A stretch of DNA of 64,000 nt from NCBI RefSeq assembly GCF_945285465.1, contig NZ_CALYQK010000002.1:2544-66543 (forward strand), given 5' to 3'. Below the pieces are notes generated by a model, which saw only the letters and a list, made by a program, of their open reading frames with translations, had not been told where the DNA came from and did not search any database. This document shows positions 20,483 through 28,461 of this stretch, piece after piece; the stretch's first letter is position 1, and each line of letters opens with the position of its first letter. A program made the translations under genes and the position numbers. Source of the stretch: an uncultured Bartonella sp. (lineage in GTDB: Bacteria > Pseudomonadota > Alphaproteobacteria > Rhizobiales > Rhizobiaceae).

Positions 20483-20517
20483 GTTTTCTTTATGTTCTAT
20501 TTTTGTTCTCTTTTCAA
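20483..20517 (-). promoter_or_regulatory. SOS promoter: -35 TTGAAA / 17 nt / -10 CATAAA with LexA box GAAC-N7-GAAC(-N7-AAAC)
   Basis: Plus strand GTTC(20494-97)-N7-GTTC(20505-08) is a perfect alphaproteobacterial LexA direct repeat. A third degenerate GTTT at 20483-86 is in register. The box lies in the promoter spacer and -10. Confidence 0.8.
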
Positions 20518-21050
20518 AAAAAATTCTGCCCATCCCTCTTATCGTTAACAATTTATTTCCCGTCGCAATAATGCGCTTTGCAATCGACTTTTTTCGGCAA
20601 GAATCCGGCTTCGTCGGTGAGCTTTTCAGCGGCCGAAATCTCTTTTTTTCTCTGGCGGTTTTTCCCATGTTATGTCTGTGTTGATATTTTACCCGCTTAG
20701 CATATTTTGGAAAAAAAGCGTTTTAATGCGGCAATACTGCTTTTGCCGTGTTACTTTTTCACTATTTTCCTGCTGTGCCGCTAATGAGACAAAAAATAAA
20801 CGGGAATTTATTTTTGATGTGTCAATTTCACATCAACAACCTCCTACTCATAACAAACGGTCAGATTAACAAAATGAAGGAAACCTGGCAGAAGGCATTC
20901 TCTGTTATACCGCTCGCAATATAAAACTGTGCAACAATGTTCAACGCTTTTATTCGGTCAATATAGCCGCCAAATTCAATTTTCTTTTTTTACCGATTAA
21001 TTAAATTCCGATACTAGCAAAAATTTATAATCACGGTTAAATTCTTTGCC

Positions 21051-23159
21051 ATGCGCCCAACCTTGCTTGACCCTTTTTTTGCCACAATAAACAGCCTTTC
21101 CGGCATTGGGCCCAAGGTTGCCGTCTTGATAGCCAAATTACTTGATATCAACCCTGCACAAGACACACCGAGAATCATTGACCTTCTGCAATTGATGCCG
21201 CATTCAGTAATTGACCGGCGCCAGCGCCCGGGAATTGCCTTTGCCGTTGACGGGGAAATTGCAACTATTGAAATGACGGTCGATCAACACCAGGTACCGC
21301 CGACAACGCGCCACCACCTGCCCTATCGCGTCATTGGACATGATGACACCGGTGACATAACTTTGGTCTTTTTTCATGCGCAGCCAAACTGGCTGCAAAA
21401 ACAATTGCCCGAAGGAGCACAAGTTGTCGTTTCCGGAAAGGTCGAGCGATTTAACGGGCATTTGTCCATGGTACATCCCGATTACATCGTTCCTGTTTCC
21501 AAGAGTAACCAATTGCCGCTTCTTGAACCGGTTTATCCGCTAACTGCCGGCCTATCTGGAAAAACTCCGGGGCGCGCGATACAGCAGGCTCTCGAACGAA
21601 TTCCTCTGTTGCCGGAATGGCTGGACAAGAATTTGATCAGTCAATTTGGTTTTCCATCTTTTGGCGTTGCCTTAAGGCGCATACATATGCCAATTGATCC
21701 TGCAGATTTATCTACCGATAGCCCGTCACGCCAACGTCTTGCATATGACGAATTTCTTGCCGGACAATTGGCATTGGGGCTCGTTCGCCAAAAAACAAAA
21801 AAACTCTCGGGAACATCAAATCCGTTAAAAGGAACATATACCGAAAAGTTGCGTCATCGGCTGCCATTTACCCTGACCCGAGGCCAGGAACAAGCAATTA
21901 AAGAAATTTCTTGTGATTTAGCTTCACCCGAAGCGATGCTGAGGCTTTTGCAAGGCGATGTCGGGTCAGGTAAAACAGTTGTTGCTTTCATGGCTATGGC
22001 ACAAATAGCTGAAAATGGCGGTCAATCCGCCCTGATGGCACCGACAGAAGTCCTAGCGCAACAGCACTTTGCTACCATCGCGCCGCTTGCCCGCAGCATC
22101 GGCCTTGAAACGGTTTTGCTGACCGGACGGGAAAAGGGCAAGAGCCGCGAAACAATTCTTAATGACATTAGTAACGGCAAAACAGCAATTATCGTAGGCA
22201 CACATGCACTCATTCAAGAAAACGTTATCTACCACAATCTCGCACTTGCTGTTATTGACGAACAACACCGATTTGGTGTGCACCAGCGACTGACCCTGCT
22301 AGAAAAAGGAAAAAGACCCGACACACTTGTCATGACGGCCACCCCTATTCCACGCACATTGGTTATGACTGCCTTTGGCGACATGGATGTATCGCTTTTA
22401 AAAGAAAAACCAATTGGTCGAAAACCGGTCACAACCGCCATTCTGCCAGTCGAGCGATTGCCGGAATTGCTCGGCCGTGTTGACGTTGCGTTGAAACGTG
22501 GCGAAAAAATTTACTGGATATGCCCATTGGTTGAAGAGTCGGAAAATCTCGAACTTACGTCTGTCGAAGACCGTTTTAACAGTCTTCATGCCCGGTTTGG
22601 CGACATAATCGGCATTGTACACGGCAAGATGAGCGGAGCCGAAAAAGACGCGGCAATGGCAGCTTTCAAGACAGGAAAAACGCGTCTGCTCGTTGCTACG
22701 ACTGTGATAGAGGTTGGTGTTGATGTTCCTGATGCGTCAATCATAATCATCGAACATGGCGAGCGTTTTGGCCTATCGCAACTTCACCAGTTACGTGGAC
22801 GAGTAGGAAGAGGTAATAAACAATCGTCCTGTATTTTACTTTATAAAGGGCCGCTTGGCAAAATTGCTAGGGAAAGATTGAATGTTATGCGTGAAACGCA
22901 GGATGGCTTTCGTATTGCCGAGGAGGATTTACGTCTTCGCGGTGAAGGTGAATTACTCGGAACCCGCCAATCCGGACTGCCCGACTTTCATATGGCAGAT
23001 CTTTCCGTTCATGGTGATTTGTTGGCAATTGCACGAAAAGACGCAAGATTGATACTGGAACAAAACCCTCTTCTCACAGGCGCGCGTGGCAATGCGTTAA
23101 GATTATTGCTTTATCTTTTTCGCCAAGATGGAGCAATCAGACTGCTAAGAGCCGGATAA
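21051..23159 (+). CDS. recG: ATP-dependent DNA helicase RecG
   Basis: RLLQGDVGSGKT, DEQHRFG, MTATPIPRTL, HQLRGRVGRG. Confidence 0.97.
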   Translation: MRPTLLDPFFATINSLSGIGPKVAVLIAKLLDINPAQDTPRIIDLLQLMPHSVIDRRQRPGIAFAVDGEIATIEMTVDQHQVPPTTRHHLPYRVIGHDDTGDITLVFFHAQPNWLQKQLPEGAQVVVSGKVERFNGHLSMVHPDYIVPVSKSNQLPLLEPVYPLTAGLSGKTPGRAIQQALERIPLLPEWLDKNLISQFGFPSFGVALRRIHMPIDPADLSTDSPSRQRLAYDEFLAGQLALGLVRQKTKKLSGTSNPLKGTYTEKLRHRLPFTLTRGQEQAIKEISCDLASPEAMLRLLQGDVGSGKTVVAFMAMAQIAENGGQSALMAPTEVLAQQHFATIAPLARSIGLETVLLTGREKGKSRETILNDISNGKTAIIVGTHALIQENVIYHNLALAVIDEQHRFGVHQRLTLLEKGKRPDTLVMTATPIPRTLVMTAFGDMDVSLLKEKPIGRKPVTTAILPVERLPELLGRVDVALKRGEKIYWICPLVEESENLELTSVEDRFNSLHARFGDIIGIVHGKMSGAEKDAAMAAFKTGKTRLLVATTVIEVGVDVPDASIIIIEHGERFGLSQLHQLRGRVGRGNKQSSCILLYKGPLGKIARERLNVMRETQDGFRIAEEDLRLRGEGELLGTRQSGLPDFHMADLSVHGDLLAIARKDARLILEQNPLLTGARGNALRLLLYLFRQDGAIRLLRAG

Positions 23160-23162
23160 AGC

Positions 23163-24092
23163 ATGAAACAGAACCGCATAATTACGCCGCTATTGATTAC
23201 ACTGACCGGCCTTCTTGTGGCTGTAGGCAGTTTTCTGTTTTTTCGACAACCGCAACTTGTCAATGAAGCCGATGAATCGACAACCCCTGTCCACCAACCA
23301 TCTTTCAAGAAAGCTGAAAAGCCCGACACAAAAAAAACGGAAACATCGAACGGGCCGCAACAAACAGAAAAATTCTGTTCACGCAAAAGTTTCGAGAACA
23401 AATCCTATATTATCTGTCAGGTGAATCCGAAAGTGAATGACATATCGCTGTTTCTAGATGATCCGAATGGCGAACCTTTCAAATATTTTCGTAATGTTGA
23501 AAAATTCCTGCGCAAGAAAGGTCAAAGGCTTGCCTTCGCTGTCAATGGCGGCATGTATCATAAAGATTATTCAGCTGTTGGTCTTTATATTGAAAACGGA
23601 AAAATAGGGCACACAATATCAACCAAAGACGGGCCGGGAAATTTTCATATGAAGCCCAATGGTGTCTTTTTTATAGCGAATAAAAAAGCTGGTGTTCTGG
23701 ATACGGAGCACTATATAAAATCGGCAATCAAACCTGAATTGGCAACACAATCGGGGCCCATGCTTGTTATTGATAACAAGATCCATCCCCGCTTTATACC
23801 AAATTCGCCCTATCTTGAATATCGCAATGGCGTCGGGGTTCGTGAAGACGGAACGGTCTTCTTCGTCAATTCGGACGAACGTGTCAATTTTGATGAATTC
23901 GCCCGTTTTTTTCGCGACGATTTAAAAACGCCGAATGCGCTTTTTCTTGATGGCTCGATATCAAGTCTCTATGCACCGGAATTAAACCGCTATGACTGGT
24001 GGTATGCACTTGGCCCCATTCTTGCTGTCACCATCGCTGATAAAGCGCAAAACAGCTTCAACAACGTCAACAATCGGGAACATTCCCATTAA
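23163..24092 (+). CDS. Phosphodiester glycosidase (YigE/DUF2233/NAGPA-like) exported protein
   Basis: N-terminal TM, FAVNGGMY, GNFHMKPNGVF, ATQSGPML, RNGVG, ALFLDG. Confidence 0.85.
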   Translation: MKQNRIITPLLITLTGLLVAVGSFLFFRQPQLVNEADESTTPVHQPSFKKAEKPDTKKTETSNGPQQTEKFCSRKSFENKSYIICQVNPKVNDISLFLDDPNGEPFKYFRNVEKFLRKKGQRLAFAVNGGMYHKDYSAVGLYIENGKIGHTISTKDGPGNFHMKPNGVFFIANKKAGVLDTEHYIKSAIKPELATQSGPMLVIDNKIHPRFIPNSPYLEYRNGVGVREDGTVFFVNSDERVNFDEFARFFRDDLKTPNALFLDGSISSLYAPELNRYDWWYALGPILAVTIADKAQNSFNNVNNREHSH

Positions 24093-24115
24093 AGATACGG
24101 GAATGTTCCACAGTT

Positions 24116-25939
24116 TTATTCCACCGTTACCGATTTTGCCAGATTGCGCGGTTGATCGACATCTGTCCCCAAAAGCACGGCGGTATGATAGGCAATCAAC
24201 TGCACCGGAACCGCATAGACGATCGGCGCAATAAATTCGGGCACATCAGGCATAACAATCGTCGACAAATTATTCACTTTGGCTGCCGCAGCGCCATTCT
24301 TGTCCGTAATCAGGATGATGCGTCCTCCTCGTGCTGCTACTTCCTGCAAATTGGACATTGTTTTTTCAAACCACCTGTCATGTGGAGCTACGACAATAAC
24401 CGGCATATTTTCGTCAATAAGAGCTATGGGACCATGCTTTAATTCGCCCGCAGCGTAACCTTCGGCGTGGATATAGGACAGTTCTTTAAGTTTCAGTGCT
24501 CCCTCCAATGCTATTGGATAGGAGGTTCCCCGACCGATGTAGAGAATATTTTTTACAGTCATGAGTTCCCGGCAGATCTCTTCAATATCGCCGTCGAGTT
24601 TCAAAACATCCGTTATAATCCTCGGAATTTCAGCCAGTTGTTGCACAAGCTCCTTTTCACTTTCCCTGCTCAACCTGCCGCGATGCTTGGCCGCGACAAT
24701 TGCCACCGAAGCCAAAGCCGAAAGTTGACAAGTAAAAGCTTTTGTTGAAGCAACGCCAATTTCAGGACCTGCCAAAGTCGGAAAAATATAGTCCGCCTCT
24801 CTTGCCATTGTTGATTGCGCCACATTGACAATCGTTGCCGTTTTTATCCCGAGATCACGACAATATCGCAACGATGCCAAGGTATCGGCCGTTTCACCCG
24901 ACTGAGATACAAACATGGACAATGTATTTTTTGTCATCGGCGGTTCGCGATAACGGAATTCTGAAGCTACATCATTTTCAACAACCAGACCGGCAAGTTT
25001 TTCAAACCAGTAACGCGCAATCAGCGTTGAATAAAAAGCTGTTCCGCAACTTGCAAAACTCACTCTGTCAACATTTTGCCAATCCACCGGATTGGCTGCT
25101 TCACTTATTTTTCCATTCGCCAAATCAAGATAATAAGCCAATGTATGGGAAATCACTTCCGGTTGTTCAAACATTTCCTTATGCATGAAATGGCGGTGAT
25201 TGCCTTTTGACACAAGAAATGAAGTGCCCGACGATTTGGTTATCTCACGTTCGACAATCCGATCCTGGGCGTCATATACCGTTGCACTTTGATGAGTAAG
25301 AACCACCCAGTCACCATCTTCCAGATAACTGATTTTATCGGTAAAGGGTGCTAACGCTATAGCGTCCGAACCGACATACATTTCCCCGTCACCATAACCG
25401 ATAGCAAGTGGCGGACCAAAACGTGCAGCAATCATCAAATTATCTTCGCCCTCGAAAATCACCGCTATCGCATAAGCACCACGTAAGCTTTTCAGGCAGC
25501 AGCTCATCGCTTTTTGCGGTGTCATCCCCGCTTTCAACGCTCGTGTCACAAGATGAGCTAAAACTTCGGTATCTGTTTCCGAGTGAAAAACGCATCCCTC
25601 GGCCAAAAGCTCATCGCGCAATTCAGCAAAATTTTCGATAATTCCGTTATGAACGACAGCGACCTTATCGGTCATATGAGGATGGGCATTATGTTCAACC
25701 GGTGCGCCATGGGTTGCCCAACGTGTATGGCCAATACCGACATTACCTTTTAATGGCGTGTTACATAGCTCTTCTTCGAGATGAACCAGCTTGCCCGCAG
25801 CACGCAACCGTCCCAGATGTCCGTGGTAGACTGTAGCAATTCCTGCAGAATCATAGCCCCGATATTCGAGCCTCTTCAATCCTTCAAGAAGCAGAGGTGC
25901 TACATCTTTCTTGCCAAGAATTCCGATAATTCCACACAT
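24116..25939 (-). CDS. glmS: Glutamine--fructose-6-phosphate aminotransferase
   Basis: MCGI, LEYRGYDSAG, GHTRWATHG, SQSGETAD, PRNLAKSVTVE. Confidence 0.98.
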   Translation of the reverse strand: MCGIIGILGKKDVAPLLLEGLKRLEYRGYDSAGIATVYHGHLGRLRAAGKLVHLEEELCNTPLKGNVGIGHTRWATHGAPVEHNAHPHMTDKVAVVHNGIIENFAELRDELLAEGCVFHSETDTEVLAHLVTRALKAGMTPQKAMSCCLKSLRGAYAIAVIFEGEDNLMIAARFGPPLAIGYGDGEMYVGSDAIALAPFTDKISYLEDGDWVVLTHQSATVYDAQDRIVEREITKSSGTSFLVSKGNHRHFMHKEMFEQPEVISHTLAYYLDLANGKISEAANPVDWQNVDRVSFASCGTAFYSTLIARYWFEKLAGLVVENDVASEFRYREPPMTKNTLSMFVSQSGETADTLASLRYCRDLGIKTATIVNVAQSTMAREADYIFPTLAGPEIGVASTKAFTCQLSALASVAIVAAKHRGRLSRESEKELVQQLAEIPRIITDVLKLDGDIEEICRELMTVKNILYIGRGTSYPIALEGALKLKELSYIHAEGYAAGELKHGPIALIDENMPVIVVAPHDRWFEKTMSNLQEVAARGGRIILITDKNGAAAAKVNNLSTIVMPDVPEFIAPIVYAVPVQLIAYHTAVLLGTDVDQPRNLAKSVTVE

Positions 25940-26095
25940 ATAAAACTCCGATATAGGTCTAAAAACTTTGCACTTGTATTGTTAAAAACTGCAACAATTA
26001 TTCATCAGTCTTATCACTGTCGTGTTGTGTTTTTGCCAACGAATTATCATTTCACAATCATAATACTTAAAAAATGGCAATTTACGGTCAGTATC

Positions 26096-27463
26096 CTATT
26101 TTTTGTTTTTTAACTGTTCAAAACGCTGTCTAATAACTGTTGCCCGGCCTTGCTTGTTAGTCTGTCGTGCACGTCCAAATGCAACGCTATTTTCCGGCAC
26201 ATTTTCGGTTATAACACTGCCCGATGCAACATATGCACCTTCACCGATTTCAACAGGCGCAACCAATGCCGAATTTGAACCGATAAAAGCCTTTGCGCCA
26301 ATAATTGTCTTCCACTTGTTAAAACCATCATAATTGCAGGTTATTGTTCCCGCACCGATATTTGTTTCCTCGCCAATTTCTGCATCACCAATATAGGTCA
26401 GATGATTAACTTTTGTTCCCTGGCCAATGACCGCTTTTTTTACCTCGCAGAAATTTCCGACTTTTGACGACTTCTTAAGTATTGCTCCCGGTCGCAACCG
26501 GGCGTAAGGGCCAATCTCGGCATTTGCACCAATATGTGCGCCCTCCAAATGACTAAATCCATGGATTACTGCGCCGGATTCAACTTTGACTTTCTCGCCA
26601 AAATATACATTCGGTTCAATAATGACGTCGTCGTCAATCTGCGTATCATAAGAAAAATAAACACTATCGGGTCGCAACATAGTAACACCCGCCAACATCA
26701 GCTCGCGCGCTTTGCGTTTTTGCCACAACGTTTCGGCGTTAGCTAATTCCACGCGCGTATTGACGCCAATAACACTTTCAAAAGGTATATGGATTGCCCT
26801 GACATCAAGGTTTTGCGCCACACCAATCGCGACAATATCTGTGAGATAATATTCTTTTTTAATGTTGTTGTTTTGAACATTTTCAAGCAATGATAGAGCT
26901 AATTTGCCATTGATAGCCATGACCCCACCATTACAAAATCTTATCTTTTTTTGTTCGTCCGTTGCGTCCTTTTCTTCAACAATTGCCTGAAGCTTTCCGT
27001 CAACTTCCAATAAACGCCCATATCCTGAAGGCGTATCGGTTTCAAACCCCATAACAACAATGTCGGCACCGCCCGCCAATTCTTCCCGCGCCCGCTTTAA
27101 CCAGTGTGCTTCAATGAGCGGTGTATCACCGAACACAATCAAAACATCGTCAAAGTTTTTTTCCAGAATTTGACGAGCGGCCAAAACAGCATGGGCAGTA
27201 CCGAGCCGTTCTTTTTGCTCATAAATGTTGATACGACCGGAAATATTGATATCACCTGCAAACTCTCTTACCGCTGAAGAAACTTGTTGTGCACCTCGAC
27301 CGACAATAATAGCAATTTCCCCTTCACCAATTGAGCGTACCTGTTGCACGACATGGCAAATAAGTGGCAGCCCTGCTATTTTATGAAGAACTTTCGGCAC
27401 CGACGACTTCATACGTATGCCCTCGCCCGCTGCCAGAATAACAGAAAGACAACTACGCTCCAT
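26096..27463 (-). CDS. glmU: Bifunctional UDP-GlcNAc pyrophosphorylase / acetyltransferase
   Basis: LAAGEG.RMKS..PKVLH, EYYLTD, hexapeptide repeats, [11 protein letters not shown]. Confidence 0.97.
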   Translation of the reverse strand: MERSCLSVILAAGEGIRMKSSVPKVLHKIAGLPLICHVVQQVRSIGEGEIAIIVGRGAQQVSSAVREFAGDINISGRINIYEQKERLGTAHAVLAARQILEKNFDDVLIVFGDTPLIEAHWLKRAREELAGGADIVVMGFETDTPSGYGRLLEVDGKLQAIVEEKDATDEQKKIRFCNGGVMAINGKLALSLLENVQNNNIKKEYYLTDIVAIGVAQNLDVRAIHIPFESVIGVNTRVELANAETLWQKRKARELMLAGVTMLRPDSVYFSYDTQIDDDVIIEPNVYFGEKVKVESGAVIHGFSHLEGAHIGANAEIGPYARLRPGAILKKSSKVGNFCEVKKAVIGQGTKVNHLTYIGDAEIGEETNIGAGTITCNYDGFNKWKTIIGAKAFIGSNSALVAPVEIGEGAYVASGSVITENVPENSVAFGRARQTNKQGRATVIRQRFEQLKNKK

Positions 27464-27478
27464 GATTAGCCTCTTAAC

Positions 27479-28267
27479 CTAAAAAAGATTACGGAAAAAG
27501 TTGACGATATCAGACCAACTCAATGCCTCGATACTGCTGAGAGAAGGGTATTTTTCCAATAGCCAGAACGAAACATTTTGCATGTCGCCGGTTAAAAACA
27601 GAACACCCGCAATTATCAATAAAATTCCGATAATTTTTTCTACTTTTCCCAAATGCATTCTGAACGAACTTAAAAACCACATGAAAAAATTTGAAAAAAG
27701 TGCCGACAGAATAAAGGGAATAGCAAGTCCAAGCGAATAAATTCCCAATAAAAAGGCGCCTTCCGCGACCGATTCCTTTGTCCCGGCAAAAGTCAGGATA
27801 GGGCCAAGTACTGGCCCGACACAGGGTGTCCAGCCAAAGGCAAATGCCAGACCGATAATATATGCGCCGATCGGACCTGCCGGTGTTGTTCGCGTTTGAA
27901 AACGAACTTCTCGTGACAGAACACCGATTCTAAAAACACCTAAAAAATTGAGACCGAAAACAATAATAATGACACCGGCAACTTTTGCCAATATATCGCG
28001 ATACTGACCGATAAAATGACCAATAGTGCTTGCTGTTGCACCAAGCGCAATGAAAACTGTTGAAAAACCCAATGAAAAAGCAATAGCGGCAATCAACAAT
28101 GCGAGACGGATTGGTCTTTCATTTCGCGTAGTATATTGGCGAAAATCTTCAACGCTCACCCCTGCCATATAACATAAATACGGCGGTACCAGCGGCAAAA
28201 CACACGGTGAAAGAAATGATAAGGCACCGCCCAAAAACACCCCGAATGTCGATAATTCTGAAAACAA
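27479..28267 (-). CDS. ccdA: Cytochrome c biogenesis / thiol-disulfide transporter CcdA
   Basis: SFLSPCVLPLVP and FGWTPCVGP motifs, multiple TM helices. Confidence 0.92.
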   Translation of the reverse strand: MFSELSTFGVFLGGALSFLSPCVLPLVPPYLCYMAGVSVEDFRQYTTRNERPIRLALLIAAIAFSLGFSTVFIALGATASTIGHFIGQYRDILAKVAGVIIIVFGLNFLGVFRIGVLSREVRFQTRTTPAGPIGAYIIGLAFAFGWTPCVGPVLGPILTFAGTKESVAEGAFLLGIYSLGLAIPFILSALFSNFFMWFLSSFRMHLGKVEKIIGILLIIAGVLFLTGDMQNVSFWLLEKYPSLSSIEALSWSDIVNFFRNLF

Positions 28268-28461
28268 CTGTCTCTTTCCGTAAAGTTTGTGGTGTTTTAT
28301 CTTATATTAACTGATATGAAAACCGTCATTTTCATGAAAACTTGCCCTATTTAAAAACGGTTCCATCACATAAATATGACAAATTCAATATACACAATAC
28401 CATTAAAATATCGAAACTATGAAGCAAATGGCCAACAGCTCAACGGTTAAAAAGGTATCTC

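Noticed and set aside
20474-20869. ORF-track ORFs 20474..20668(-), 20481..20684(+) and 20672..20869(+)
   Set aside because: No SD, no recognisable family, low-complexity composition. Two of them overlap the LexA-boxed promoter.
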